Below are positions 8,332 to 19,275 of a DNA stretch of 64,000 nucleotides, in pieces (position 1 is the stretch's first letter; each line of letters opens with the position of its first letter). Under the pieces are notes generated by a model. That model was given only the letters and a program-made list of their open reading frames with translations, searched no databases and had not been told where the DNA came from. The stretch is from positions 1 to 64,000 of the IMG/VR virus record IMGVR_UViG_3300027710_000011, one strand, 5' to 3'. The position numbers were made by a program, and so were the translations under genes.

Positions 8332-10809
8332 ATGCGAATTGTTTCCATTGAGCTGAACGGATTCAGACGAATGGCGCTCAACGGCATCAAGCATTTCAAG
8401 CTTAAACCTACAGCACGTGTTCAACTGATCCTAGGTGCGAACGGTAGTGGCAAATCGTCACTGATTGCCGAACTTACACCGTTGCCAGCCATACCGGCGA
8501 ACTACACCAAAGATGGTTCAAAAATCATAATCATTGAGCAAGCTGGTGATAATTATATTTTAACCAGTAATTTTGCTTCGAACCAGAAGCACTCCTTCAT
8601 TAAGAATGATGAAGAGCTCAATGATGGTGGAACTGCTTCAGTGCAGAAAGAATTAGTTAAGTCCACTTTCGGTATCACACAAGAATCACACGACGTCTGC
8701 ACAGGCGTTGAACGATTCAGCACAATGAGTCCTTCTCGTAAGCGAGAGATCCTCACTGAGCTTTGTGATAACGACTACGATTACGCGCTCAGAGTCTTTG
8801 CTAAATCCAAAGAATACCTGCGTGATACAACCGGTGCTTTGAAGATGGCTAAGAAGCGTTTGGTGTCAGAGACATCAAAGCTTGTTAGTCCCGAATCCAT
8901 TCAAGCCATCGAAAATGAAATCACTGCTTTGATTGCAGAGATCGATGTCTTGTATCGGAACCGTGTATCTAACTCAAGAACTCAACGCGAGATCGAAGAC
9001 GAACGCGAGAACATTGAGATTGAATTGATTCGTGCTTCCAACAAAGTGCTGTCGTTCAAATTCCCGAATGAGCGCGCCTTCACACCAGAAGAGATCAAGA
9101 GCCAGATCGACATCAGTCGTCAAGAAGTCGCTAGTCTCAATACACGTATCGAGATTGCTACGAGAGAGCACGTGGAATTGAAGAAAAGCCACGAAGTGTT
9201 CTTGAAAACAGGCAATTCAAGCGCCGAGAGTTTGAGGACACAGATCAAAGAGCTCAAGGACAGGCGTAACGGGCTCTTAAGCACGAGAAAACTAGGTCTT
9301 GAGTTCTCGGGTGCTGAAACTGCTAAAACGGCCTTAAACGCCATTTTAGACAATCTCCAGATTGTGCTGGTGGAATTCCCTGAGAATAGTGAGCGAGGAC
9401 TCAGTCAACTGAAGTTGCAAGAATGGCGACAAAAGGTTGATGACGTTAAGCAAGCTGTCATCAAGATCGATACCCAGCTTGAACAACTTGGGCATCAGAA
9501 GTTCCACATGGAAAATCTGCTCAAGGGAGATGAGACTCAATGTCCTAAGTGCACGCACAGATGGCATCCGGGGTACAGCAAGTCTGCACACGACATGGTC
9601 TTGCAATTGATCGATAAACTCGACAATCAAAAGCAAGCTCACAAGTTGGTTCTGACTGAAGCTGAAGACAACGTTCGCAGGAATGAACAGTACGGCGTCT
9701 CGATGAGAGACTACATGCGCATGGTGCGCGCCACGCCAGTACTAGAGCCTTTCTGGTCTCACCTGCGTGACAATGACATTATCCATACTTACCCTCGACA
9801 AGCAGCAATCAAGCTGGAGCAACTCCAACGAGATATCGAACTGAGTTGTCAAGCAGTTGAGGTGGATAAAGAAATTGATCGCATTACTGACCTACTTGAT
9901 CTGGCTTTGAAAACGAGTGACAGTTCTATGGCGGCTGTGACTGAAAAGCTGGAAGAAGTAGAGAACAATCTGGGTTCATTGACGAATCAATTAACTCGGA
10001 CTCAGAACGGCATTCAGCAAGATCAGTTGTGGTTGTCTAAGACCACAGAGTTTCTCGCTAATGAAGAGAAGGTGCGCCAGTATTCTCTTCGTTTGAAAGC
10101 AGCGACCGATGAGATGATTGTTACGATTCGTAATGACATTATCAACGATTGCTTGCGAGAGCTTCAGATCGAATTGGCTAAGCGTCAATCCTTGCTCAGC
10201 GACTTCCGCATGCAGCAAGGCATTGTGGACGACATTGCTAAACAAGTTGGTTTCTTGGAAGAGCAGGAAACCGTCGCTCGTTTGGTGATGAACGAATTGT
10301 CCCCAACAGACGGATTGATTGCTGAAGGACTCTTGGGATTCATTCGCAGCTTTGTGCGAAAGATGAACATCGTCATTCGCAAGATCTGGACCTATCGTCT
10401 TGAAGTTCAGGACTGTAGTGTTGGCGACGGCGATACTGCTGAGCTGGATTACAAGTTCCCTCTTCTTGTCAGCAGTGAAGAAAACATTGTCCCAGATGTC
10501 AAGCTTGCATCAGTAGGCCAGCGTGAAGTCGTAGACATGGCTTTCCGTATTGTGGCTACCAGTTACTACGGATTGAATGATGCACCTTTGAGTCTTGATG
10601 AATTTTCAGCAAGCTTTGATAAGGAACATCGTACAGCCGCAGTGAGCGCCATCAAAGCGATCTTGGAACAGCTCTCGTTCTCACAGTTGTTCTTGGTGAG
10701 TCATTACGAAGAACAACACGGCGCATTCCCCGGTGCGCAGCGTTGTATCCTGACGAAGAATCAAACACTTCAGATGGAGAGCGATAACGAACACGTCGTT
10801 ATTCAATAA
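8332..10809 (+). CDS. sbcC: SbcC/Rad50-like SMC ATPase
   Basis: Walker A GANGSGKS, a long coiled coil with central zinc hook CPKC, signature ASVGQ, Walker B LSLDE and H-loop VSH. Confidence 0.9.
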   Translation: MRIVSIELNGFRRMALNGIKHFKLKPTARVQLILGANGSGKSSLIAELTPLPAIPANYTKDGSKIIIIEQAGDNYILTSNFASNQKHSFIKNDEELNDGGTASVQKELVKSTFGITQESHDVCTGVERFSTMSPSRKREILTELCDNDYDYALRVFAKSKEYLRDTTGALKMAKKRLVSETSKLVSPESIQAIENEITALIAEIDVLYRNRVSNSRTQREIEDERENIEIELIRASNKVLSFKFPNERAFTPEEIKSQIDISRQEVASLNTRIEIATREHVELKKSHEVFLKTGNSSAESLRTQIKELKDRRNGLLSTRKLGLEFSGAETAKTALNAILDNLQIVLVEFPENSERGLSQLKLQEWRQKVDDVKQAVIKIDTQLEQLGHQKFHMENLLKGDETQCPKCTHRWHPGYSKSAHDMVLQLIDKLDNQKQAHKLVLTEAEDNVRRNEQYGVSMRDYMRMVRATPVLEPFWSHLRDNDIIHTYPRQAAIKLEQLQRDIELSCQAVEVDKEIDRITDLLDLALKTSDSSMAAVTEKLEEVENNLGSLTNQLTRTQNGIQQDQLWLSKTTEFLANEEKVRQYSLRLKAATDEMIVTIRNDIINDCLRELQIELAKRQSLLSDFRMQQGIVDDIAKQVGFLEEQETVARLVMNELSPTDGLIAEGLLGFIRSFVRKMNIVIRKIWTYRLEVQDCSVGDGDTAELDYKFPLLVSSEENIVPDVKLASVGQREVVDMAFRIVATSYYGLNDAPLSLDEFSASFDKEHRTAAVSAIKAILEQLSFSQLFLVSHYEEQHGAFPGAQRCILTKNQTLQMESDNEHVVIQ

Positions 10810-10814
10810 AGCAG

Positions 10815-10855
10815 CATAAAGGCCAGTGACGGACAACCGTCACTGGCTCTATGCC
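10815..10855. terminator. bidirectional terminator
   Basis: GCATAAAG-GCCAGTGACGG-ACAA-CCGTCACTGGC-TCTATGCC between convergent genes. Confidence 0.75.
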
Positions 10856-10856
10856 G

Positions 10857-11681
10857 TCAGTAACCTGAAGCAGAGTTTCTGACCATGATCATGGCGTGCA
10901 GCGTACCGCCGTATTTAGTGCTGGCGCCGTCCGTTTGCTTGAATTCTCCGGTACTTTGATCAAAAGTATCGAATACCCAAGGACCGGCGCCCTCCCAATG
11001 CGTATCGCTATTGATGTAAGTCGTCGCCATGCCGTTAGCATGAAGTCCGTATCCAAGAGAGCCGTTGCCGTTCACAACGTCACGCATGAAGTAGTTCATG
11101 TAACTAACATCTTGCATCGCTCCAACGTATCCTTGCATCCACGGTAGACCGGATACGTTGTAAATGCTCAATGTGGCTTTCATCGTGGCTGAAGAAAGCC
11201 AAGGCGTTGCGTTTGAATTGAACAACGTGTCGTAACCGTTAGCTCCAAGCGCCGTGTAGATGCCGAATCGTTTATAGATGAAAGGCCCCCACTCGTTGGT
11301 ATTGACATTCTTTCGATTTCCGACTAGGAACTCTGTGAACTTGTGTCCAGCATCATGCCAATGCCGCCAGCCAATAGAGTACGCTTGTGTGAAACCGGTT
11401 AGTGTGCCAGTTTCATAAGCGTACCAACCCCAAGGTGTGGTATTGGGATCACTGCGCGGATCAGTCCGAGCAACGAGCATCCAGCCGCCACCGTCAGTAG
11501 TCATATCGCAATAGGCTTGTGTCGTTCCGTCTCTGGCAGTGCCTTTGACGTAATAGATGCCATCCGTTTTGCGATAGCCCATCATGCAAACTTCCATGGC
11601 TCCGCGCCCAGCGGTGTAAGGACTCACACCAGTGGGAACGGGACCACGCCTGTGTCTGTTAGCGATAGAACCGATACGCAT
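10857..11681 (-). CDS. fibrinogen-like (FReD/intelectin-type) putative receptor-binding protein
   Basis: DGIYYV...AYCDMTTDGGGWMLVAR signature; immediately downstream of a fibre gene. Confidence 0.75.
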   Translation of the reverse strand: MRIGSIANRHRRGPVPTGVSPYTAGRGAMEVCMMGYRKTDGIYYVKGTARDGTTQAYCDMTTDGGGWMLVARTDPRSDPNTTPWGWYAYETGTLTGFTQAYSIGWRHWHDAGHKFTEFLVGNRKNVNTNEWGPFIYKRFGIYTALGANGYDTLFNSNATPWLSSATMKATLSIYNVSGLPWMQGYVGAMQDVSYMNYFMRDVVNGNGSLGYGLHANGMATTYINSDTHWEGAGPWVFDTFDQSTGEFKQTDGASTKYGGTLHAMIMVRNSASGY

Positions 11682-11683
11682 GA

Positions 11684-13777
11684 TTACACGTACGGAGTTG
11701 CGCTAGCCAGAACAATCCACGTATTGGACGTGGTACGAACCAAAGAGAACACAAACACATCAACGTTGCTCGGAGTCGCAATTGGCAACATCCCGCCAGC
11801 CCATTTAACAGTCACTGCTGTGCCGTTAATCTGAACTGCATTAGGAATGTATCCCGTTGCGCCTTGTTGCACAATCAAAGTGAGCGTCACAATTTGACCA
11901 GTGGTTACTGGAACGTTTGTGAAGTTCGGCGTGAAGTTACCAGACGGGTTCGTTGTGACCCAAGTGGAGATGGTGTTGAAGTCATAAACCACCACGCCAC
12001 TGCCGGCTACCTTATCGAGTGTTTGCTCAACCTGTCTACCCGTAGTCAATACACCAGCCACAGTCAGATGACTGTTTGCTTGAACAGGAACATACGTCGT
12101 AATCAGAGTCGAATTGGCCTGCAGATAGTTGGCGTTACCTCCAGGATTTTGCAACACCACATTTGTACCGCGAACAAACAAGTTGTTGCCGGCATCACAA
12201 CCAAGGATGTTGACCGTACCGGTGCCAAGGAAAACCGTATCACCTCGAACAGTCAAGTTCGAGTTCAGATCAACTCTTACGCCTTCAACGCTGTTGCCGC
12301 CCTTAGCCACCATAATGGCCATACCTGCATTGTTACCGTCACCGCCATGTACGGCACGATTACCAATGTAGACATTACCCCACTGCATCCCGTACCCGCC
12401 AGCAAGATTACCTGCGGTATTTCCAGACATCTGTGATGTCAGCGTACGGAACAATTGCGTGACGACTGTAGGGCCTTTGATGTCAACAACCAACTTGTCC
12501 ACGGTTTCTGGATTGGTAATCCCGATACCGAAACTACCACCAGAAAACACAGCGTGCTGCGTAAAGTTGCCTCCACCACGCAAAGCGTAACTGTCACCAA
12601 CACCGATTTGAATCTGACGATTGGAGCTGGCAATGACAGCCGGACCTGCTGTGCCCAACGAATCGCGATTACCCATCGCGATAGACGATGGACCACTCTG
12701 ACCAGTCAAGGACAGCGAACCACTGGTATCTTCACCAACGTAGTTGATGTGGAGATCACCAATAGCCGTGGCCGCTTGCACACCTCCTATCAACACTTTG
12801 CCGTTGGTTTGCAGTTGCAAAGGACGAATCCAGGCCGTCGTGTTTGCATTACCTGTCCAGAAATCCAAACCGTTCTGAGCATTCAACTGCATCCCGCTGC
12901 CGGTAAAGACCGGATTGTTGACGGGAAATATCCAGAAGCCCTTGGAAGTCTGAGCACCGTTAGAGCCAGTTCCAACAGTTGCAGTTACACCGCCGCCAAC
13001 AGAGAATCCGCCGTTGATGACGGATGCATTGTTAACGCCAGGAATAACCACAGTGCCATCGGTATTGAACCGTGCAAGAGTTTTCGTTGCGGTGCCGATA
13101 GTGGTGTTACCAGCGTAAGCGCCCAGCACCAAGTTTCCTTGGTTGGCACGAACAGCAGTATCGGCAGCAGCACTACCGGTGATGTATTCTCCAGCGGTAG
13201 AAATACCAGCAATTGCGAACGCTGCCATATTGCCACTGCTGCTTCCAGACACAAAAGCTGCTGCAACAGACTGAGAGTTTTGAATAGCTACAGCGCCAGA
13301 CAAAACAGTCAAACCGTTAAGGTCAATTTTGACACGAGACGTGAAGGTTGCAACTTGGTCCGCAGTCCCGATAGGGGCTGTGGCAAACGTGTGTGCGCCA
13401 GCTCGCTGCATGTAGAATGATGCGCCAGCACCTGTCTTGTCATACAGCATGTCGTTGCTGAAAGCACCCGCTGGAGGAGATGCGTTGTTCAGCAGGTAAG
13501 TTCGTTCATCATCCGTACCAACTGTTTGCTGGAGGATGGTTGCGCGCAGTACGCTCTGACTCACGTTCAGAACCATGCCTGAACTTGCAGGAATAATCAC
13601 CGAACCAGAAACGTTAAGTGCGCGCTTGACATTGATGGGACCAGCCGTCCCTGCATTTGGAACTTCGATGTTGAAGCCGTACTTATTCAAAAGCGTCACC
13701 GCTTTGATCAAAGACGACTCCGTCAGTTCCGGAGTTGGGTCGCCGGCCGAAGTGTCCGGTACAGCGTTTTGAGTCAT
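11684..13777 (-). CDS. tail fibre protein
   Basis: G/N/T-rich beta-structured body and a C-terminal LTLIVQQGATG...KWAGG...VDVFVF domain common at fibre tips. Confidence 0.78.
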   Translation of the reverse strand: MTQNAVPDTSAGDPTPELTESSLIKAVTLLNKYGFNIEVPNAGTAGPINVKRALNVSGSVIIPASSGMVLNVSQSVLRATILQQTVGTDDERTYLLNNASPPAGAFSNDMLYDKTGAGASFYMQRAGAHTFATAPIGTADQVATFTSRVKIDLNGLTVLSGAVAIQNSQSVAAAFVSGSSSGNMAAFAIAGISTAGEYITGSAAADTAVRANQGNLVLGAYAGNTTIGTATKTLARFNTDGTVVIPGVNNASVINGGFSVGGGVTATVGTGSNGAQTSKGFWIFPVNNPVFTGSGMQLNAQNGLDFWTGNANTTAWIRPLQLQTNGKVLIGGVQAATAIGDLHINYVGEDTSGSLSLTGQSGPSSIAMGNRDSLGTAGPAVIASSNRQIQIGVGDSYALRGGGNFTQHAVFSGGSFGIGITNPETVDKLVVDIKGPTVVTQLFRTLTSQMSGNTAGNLAGGYGMQWGNVYIGNRAVHGGDGNNAGMAIMVAKGGNSVEGVRVDLNSNLTVRGDTVFLGTGTVNILGCDAGNNLFVRGTNVVLQNPGGNANYLQANSTLITTYVPVQANSHLTVAGVLTTGRQVEQTLDKVAGSGVVVYDFNTISTWVTTNPSGNFTPNFTNVPVTTGQIVTLTLIVQQGATGYIPNAVQINGTAVTVKWAGGMLPIATPSNVDVFVFSLVRTTSNTWIVLASATPYV

Positions 13778-13789
13778 GGTGAGACCTTA

Positions 13790-13981
13790 TTAGGTGATGT
13801 CCTCATTACCCAACAAGTCGCCACGTGCGGTAACTGTACCGATCACCTTGACGTTCTTGATAGTTTTGATGGAAGTAGGATCAACAGGATCCTGGATGAA
13901 GAAATCTTTGCTCTGCATTTGCGTGAGCTTTGCAACCAAAGCGGTTTGCAAACCGCCGAATGCGTCGGATACAGTAGACAT
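13790..13981 (-). CDS. small hypothetical (tail-associated) protein
   Basis: ORF track 13790-14041. The ATG at 13981 has an AGAGGTG SD and lies downstream of the terminator. Confidence 0.6.
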   Translation of the reverse strand: MSTVSDAFGGLQTALVAKLTQMQSKDFFIQDPVDPTSIKTIKNVKVIGTVTARGDLLGNEDIT

Positions 13982-14038
13982 GGAAACACCTCTTTTGAAA
14001 AAGCCAGAGTACACATCATTCCCGTAAAATAAGGACGA

Positions 14039-14080
14039 CATAAGCAGAGAGACCCATGCGGGTCTCTCTGCGTTTATGCC
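14039..14080. terminator. hairpin terminator
   Basis: GCAGAGAGACCC-ATGC-GGGTCTCTCTGC flanked by CATAA and TTTATG. Confidence 0.7.
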
Positions 14081-17000
14081 TTGTTATCGAGATCGCTCAA
14101 ACGTTGAAGGATTCTCTCCATCGTTTGTTTCATCGATAGCAATTCAGACTGCGTGTCTGATAACTGACGTTTTGTTTCTTGTAGTTCATCCATCAACTCT
14201 TGCTGAGACTTAACGATCAGGGGAACAAGTTTGGAGTTATCAACTCCCCACATGCCGGTGATGCCGTCAAACTCAGTGTAGTCTGGAGAACCCACATGAA
14301 CAGCCCACGGCGTAGAACCAACCAGTTCTTGCGCAATGAAACCAAACGTGCAATGTTCCCCACCGTTCTTGAAGTTAAACGATCGAACAACGATAGAGCG
14401 CAAGATGTCTTGTGCCCGAGGTGAGTCGATGATGTTTTCCTTCGCCCGCTTATCGGACGTTGTATTGAACGATGCACTGGAACCGGTGAACGTAATGGAG
14501 CCTGCCAGATTACCTGTCGTGGTACTGACCAAGCGCAAACCGTATGCTTGCGAAGTAGTCTTTGCTTGCGCGTAGAAACAATAGTCAGTTCCATTGGAGG
14601 TACTACCTATTGCTTGAACGCGGTCGACGTAATCACCAGAATTAGTGACGTGTCCACCGAAGATTGTGCAAGCATTGGGCGATATCCAAAGGCATTCGTT
14701 CCAGTTACTGTTCTTATAACTTACGACCTGCAACCCCCCGCTGTTTTCTTGCAACAGCAGATTAGTTGCATTAGTGGCATTCCCAAGCTGAATGTTCGCA
14801 CCCTGACCGATGCCGAAACTACCAGCACCAGTTCTGGAAATGATCACATCTGCATTAGAGTTAGCAGTTGTATTACCGCTAAACCACGCCAGATTGGAAC
14901 CACCACTCATTCCAATGACATTCAAACGAGCACTGGATACCGCAGTATCACCACCTACGATTACACGGCCGCCTGCTCCAGATGTCTGCAAGTACATATC
15001 CGGATTTGTCTTAGAGAGCGCGCTCTCCATCCGAATCATCGTGTAATCGTTGTTAGAGCCAACACCACTAAATCCAGGACGAGTCGTGATGTCGAAGTAG
15101 TCGGCACCGCCATTCTGAGTCGTGACCGGACCGACCTTGATCTTCAGACCAGCGTACTTCTCAGCTGTGGTGATGCACAAAGCAGTCGTCATCGCTGAAA
15201 CAGAGGACGTCGTGGAAATGATGACTTGACCGTCAGTCATCGTTGCGCCAGTACTTTCACCGTGAACATACAAGTGAGCATTAGGTCCAATGGATAGATT
15301 ACCAGCATTAGTCAACGCCATTCTCGTAGACACGAGATTAGCACCGACTGTTGTAGAACCAGTGGTTGTACTACCCCACTGGAAACTATTGGCGGCCTCT
15401 GCCCATCCGCGATACTGACCGGTCGTTCGGTTGTACGAACGCATCTGGATGAAATCCACAACGGGGTCAGGATCTACTTCAAATCCAACACCAGCAGGAA
15501 CTGTGCTGTGTGTAACGTTGAATACCGAGACTGGATTCATTGCATTCACACCGGTATTACCGTTGGACTTTACAATGAAACGACTATTCTGTCCAGCTGA
15601 CCCAGTAGCACCTGGAGCCAGAATAATCGAAGACGGAGTGTTTGTATCCGTCCAATCCTGTTCAGCCTGTATTGTAATTTGTCCCGCAGCTACGTATTGT
15701 GTTCCAGTGTAACCGTGAACATTGAAGAAAGCAAGCGCGTTAGTCGCCAGAATCTTGGTAGGAACAGCAAACGTACCGTTAGCGCGCCGGCCAGTGAAAC
15801 CACCGTATTCGCCAAACGCATCCATCATGACGCGAATGCGCTCGCCGTCATTGCCAATAGCGTGAACGCGATGAGTAGGATTTACCGTGTTGATACCGAA
15901 CATTCCACCAGGAATCAGACAAGCGCCAACGGCCGAAGGAAGACCGTCTGCGTTTGTACCTGCTCTGAAGATCAACTTTCCTGGATTAACTGCTGAACCA
16001 CCGCCGACAAAATCAATCTGCCCACCACGCGCTCCACCGGCAGCTTGTGCCGCGCCCCCTGAGATAGAGATCGTACCGCCTGATGATCCAAAAACCAATG
16101 CAGGTACAGTCGATGGAGTATTGGATTGCAAGTAGATCACACCTTCGCCAGACGGATACGTGTTACCGCCAACCATGGTCAAGCGCGCTGAATCACTAGC
16201 TGTGCCAATCAATACGTTTTGCTGATTGGTAATGCGTACCGCCGGCACATATTGCACAGAGTTCACTTTGGCCGTGGAGAAAATCAATTCACCTGGTGTT
16301 GAAGTAGAGGTTTGAACACCTGAAGCTCTGGCCTCAATCCCAGCAAGATTAGTGTTTAAGTCCGTACCATTACCAGCGCAGAACTGAATCGCACCAACGA
16401 TATCCTGATCTTGAAGAAGAATATTAGAACCAATACCTGTTCCCCTACTCTTACCTAGCGCCAACACTGCGGCATGTATGTCATCAGAGTTACGAACAAT
16501 CGCCAATGAAGCTTGATTGTTAGCATTCTCAATATGCACAAGACGAGTAGCGCCACCAACCGATCTCGATTTACCACCAAATGTCATCCCTGCATTCGAC
16601 AGAGAGAACAACTCGTTATAAGTCAAGTTGTTGCGCGCAGTTGCAGCGGCTGCAAAAGAAAACGACAAACGACCTTGACCGCCTACGTTTAGATCGTGAG
16701 AGATTCTCCAGGACGAAACGTTTGTCGCATTGGCTTGCGAGTTCAGCTCCAGTTTAGCGCCGCTGGCAGCATTGAAAGCGCCGAGGAAAGCACCCTCGAA
16801 GTTCGTTGTGTTTGAAGCAACGTAGATTTCATTGATAGTCGAAGATCCAACTTCACCGATATTCAAGTTAGCTTGGAGAATGCTGTTCTCACCCAAACCT
16901 ACTTGACCCGTGGTATTGATCTTCAAGGCTGTTCGCTGAGTACTGGCATTCAGTACCTTAAGACGCCACAGACCTTGTGGTTGATACCACGACTGTTGAA

Positions 17001-17373
17001 CAGAAGGTGTGATCGTATTCGACCCGTCCCAGAAGTTGATACCACTCAGAGCACTGGCTGTTGTAAAATTGAGAAAAGCTGCACCGGATGTGCTCTCAAT
17101 CAAAACGCTGGAGTTACTGCTATTGTCGCCAGTGGCACTGGTGTTAGAGACACGGATGTTGCGTCCGACGGCGCTGTAAGCCAGTGGCACATTACCGAGG
17201 GATAGATTTCCATCGGCTTCGAGTTGAAGCGCATCAGGCGCAATCAGAAGGTCAGGGGTCTTGAACGTGTATGAGATTCGATTGATCGCTACAACGATAT
17301 CTTTCAAAGATGCACGTACAAGCTTAGGCGTTGCATCGCCAGCATCAAGCTGGTCGGTAGGAATATTGGGCAT
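14074..17373 (-). CDS. tail fibre with C-terminal peptidase S74 chaperone and coiled coil
   Basis: Repeated GNVGIGT-like fibre motifs, TTSDKRAKENI...GFIAQE...VDNSKLVPLIVKSQQEL and a terminal coiled coil. Confidence 0.87.
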   Translation of the reverse strand: MPNIPTDQLDAGDATPKLVRASLKDIVVAINRISYTFKTPDLLIAPDALQLEADGNLSLGNVPLAYSAVGRNIRVSNTSATGDNSSNSSVLIESTSGAAFLNFTTASALSGINFWDGSNTITPSVQQSWYQPQGLWRLKVLNASTQRTALKINTTGQVGLGENSILQANLNIGEVGSSTINEIYVASNTTNFEGAFLGAFNAASGAKLELNSQANATNVSSWRISHDLNVGGQGRLSFSFAAAATARNNLTYNELFSLSNAGMTFGGKSRSVGGATRLVHIENANNQASLAIVRNSDDIHAAVLALGKSRGTGIGSNILLQDQDIVGAIQFCAGNGTDLNTNLAGIEARASGVQTSTSTPGELIFSTAKVNSVQYVPAVRITNQQNVLIGTASDSARLTMVGGNTYPSGEGVIYLQSNTPSTVPALVFGSSGGTISISGGAAQAAGGARGGQIDFVGGGSAVNPGKLIFRAGTNADGLPSAVGACLIPGGMFGINTVNPTHRVHAIGNDGERIRVMMDAFGEYGGFTGRRANGTFAVPTKILATNALAFFNVHGYTGTQYVAAGQITIQAEQDWTDTNTPSSIILAPGATGSAGQNSRFIVKSNGNTGVNAMNPVSVFNVTHSTVPAGVGFEVDPDPVVDFIQMRSYNRTTGQYRGWAEAANSFQWGSTTTGSTTVGANLVSTRMALTNAGNLSIGPNAHLYVHGESTGATMTDGQVIISTTSSVSAMTTALCITTAEKYAGLKIKVGPVTTQNGGADYFDITTRPGFSGVGSNNDYTMIRMESALSKTNPDMYLQTSGAGGRVIVGGDTAVSSARLNVIGMSGGSNLAWFSGNTTANSNADVIISRTGAGSFGIGQGANIQLGNATNATNLLLQENSGGLQVVSYKNSNWNECLWISPNACTIFGGHVTNSGDYVDRVQAIGSTSNGTDYCFYAQAKTTSQAYGLRLVSTTTGNLAGSITFTGSSASFNTTSDKRAKENIIDSPRAQDILRSIVVRSFNFKNGGEHCTFGFIAQELVGSTPWAVHVGSPDYTEFDGITGMWGVDNSKLVPLIVKSQQELMDELQETKRQLSDTQSELLSMKQTMERILQRLSDLDNKA

Positions 17374-17416
17374 GTGTTTTCATCCTGCATTAACGTGATC
17401 CAAAGGATTTCGCGTA

Positions 17417-17452
17417 ATAAATGGAAGTGGGAAACCCCACTTCCATTTATGC
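17417..17452 (-). terminator. hairpin terminator
   Basis: ATAAATGGAAGTGGG-AAAC-CCCACTTCCATTTATG. Confidence 0.75.
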
Positions 17453-17458
17453 GCTGTC

Positions 17459-18019
17459 TTACACGCCGCCGTATTGCAGGAAGCCGGGCAAGAATGGCTT
17501 TGGAACCAACTTGAAGAAGTTGGGATCTGGAGGGTTGTACCCGACAGCAACATCGCCAGTCCAAATATAGGAATTTGGATTAGCACGCAGTACGAACTGA
17601 ACCGCGTCTGGATCGCTGAACTCGTAATCAACAATGTCTTCCGGCCGCAGAGGAAACGGAAGATGCGGGTTGATCTGCGGGAGCATCTCCACCATCATGA
17701 ACGGGAACTTGGTGATATTCAGAGGAGGTAATTCAACATCCTCGAAGTATTCAGCAAATGACCGACGACGATACACGAAGCCAGTCATGCTGGCCAAATG
17801 GTAGTTGTAGTCCGCATCAATCTTGAAAGGCACGAACGTATTGTGATCGTACAGATTGTCAGGCCTCGTATCCAATTCCGTCGGAAGACCATACTTGATC
17901 TTGTCTTCAGGAATACGAAGCTTGTTGGTCTCGTAGATCAGATCGGTCAGCAGTTCGATGTTGGTCTTACCGATGTCGTTCTCATCGATGATCACACATC
18001 CGTTACAATGTAAGTGCAT
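17459..18019 (-). CDS. putative virion structural protein
   Basis: ORF with a GGAG SD in the tail operon. The LIYETNKL...YRRRSF...ANPNSYIWTG pattern recalls phiKZ-like baseplate proteins. Confidence 0.65.
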   Translation of the reverse strand: MHLHCNGCVIIDENDIGKTNIELLTDLIYETNKLRIPEDKIKYGLPTELDTRPDNLYDHNTFVPFKIDADYNYHLASMTGFVYRRRSFAEYFEDVELPPLNITKFPFMMVEMLPQINPHLPFPLRPEDIVDYEFSDPDAVQFVLRANPNSYIWTGDVAVGYNPPDPNFFKLVPKPFLPGFLQYGGV

Positions 18020-18021
18020 GC

Positions 18022-19275
18022 TTACGCTCCAGTTTTAACCAGTTGATCCGTGCCGATCTTCAAGAAATGGGCAAGGGAGAGCGTCGTCCGATTCCACGGT
18101 GTTCGAGATTCATCGATACAAACGATGTTTTCCTCGAGCGTCGTGTTGAAGTCGTAGTTATTACGACGAGCATCTTTGTTGGTGATAGCCCACTGCTTGT
18201 CCTCGTAGACAGACCAGTAGTCGCTGAACTTACCTGCTTGTACGATCAAAGGCCAACGTGGCTTCACGTAACTTGTGTAAGTATTGTGAATTCGTGTTTG
18301 AGCAAGTGCTTGACGTTCAACGAAGATATGTGCGTTGTCAACAAAGACAAGGAACGACTGCGAAAGGGTAGCGTATTTAACCAACACTGCATCACTTTCC
18401 AATTCTGCAGCGTCTGTACGCATAGCATTCGCTGGCTGATGATCCAGACCAAGAGGCTTCAGATCGATCATTCCAACCGAATCAAAGTAACGCTCTCGCA
18501 ATGGGAAGTTTTGGAAATCGATGCAGTAGGTCTGATCACCCACTTGAGAGAAGGTGTTTTGATCCAACACATGCAAATAACCGCCCAATACCAGCATTGG
18601 AGTTTTACCTGGCCGAGGAATCAACCCGTCGACAAACATGCGGCTCTTATAAGGCACGCTTGGATCTTGCTTGTAAATCATGCTCGGAGTAATGTTGACG
18701 AACTCCAGCTCGCCCACATTCAAAAAGCTAGTGATGCCTAGCGTATTCATGCCAGACTGTCGGCATGACTTCATCCCATCGATCACGTAGATCCGCTCAC
18801 CGTCACAATCAGTGCGATGAATGAAACCATTCACCGTAACCAGGCAGTTCTTGAAGAACAAATCCATGTCGGTTTGAGCGCGAGTGATAGATAGCCAATC
18901 ACGATCGCCTGGTGCAATATTGGAACCAATGTGTCCCAACGGAGAAATTGGCTGGATCTTGTAGTTGGCTTTGAATCCGTCCGAGTAACCGGCGTGCTTA
19001 GTCGTAACGGAATAGGTATAGTTCGCCACAGGCAAACTTTGTGTCCCAATGTCCGTTAAGAAATCGTTGAAGGTGCGAGTAGGGCTTGGCTTGAGCGACT
19101 CAATGTCGCTCAGATCCAGGGTTCTTTGTCCGGCGTAGAACGGATTAGTCAACACCGCGTAGACTTTTTCGTACTGACTGAACAAGTCACCCATGAGTTT
19201 GGAGCCAATGTCCAGACTCACCCAGCGCGAGCCAGCTTTGTTTGACCTGGCAATTGCGGAGACGAGTTGATACAT
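18022..19275 (-). CDS. virion structural protein (phiKZ gp130-like baseplate component)
   Basis: NCLVTVNGFIH, LVLGGYLH and TLSQSFLV motifs; divergent from the gp131-like gene, as in phiKZ-like phages. Confidence 0.7.
   Translation of the reverse strand: MYQLVSAIARSNKAGSRWVSLDIGSKLMGDLFSQYEKVYAVLTNPFYAGQRTLDLSDIESLKPSPTRTFNDFLTDIGTQSLPVANYTYSVTTKHAGYSDGFKANYKIQPISPLGHIGSNIAPGDRDWLSITRAQTDMDLFFKNCLVTVNGFIHRTDCDGERIYVIDGMKSCRQSGMNTLGITSFLNVGELEFVNITPSMIYKQDPSVPYKSRMFVDGLIPRPGKTPMLVLGGYLHVLDQNTFSQVGDQTYCIDFQNFPLRERYFDSVGMIDLKPLGLDHQPANAMRTDAAELESDAVLVKYATLSQSFLVFVDNAHIFVERQALAQTRIHNTYTSYVKPRWPLIVQAGKFSDYWSVYEDKQWAITNKDARRNNYDFNTTLEENIVCIDESRTPWNRTTLSLAHFLKIGTDQLVKTGA

Noticed and set aside
2177-11681. 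Diversity-generating retroelement suggested by the Mtd_N-like domain and the lectin
   Set aside because: No reverse transcriptase and no adenine-specific template/variable repeat pair was seen in the window.
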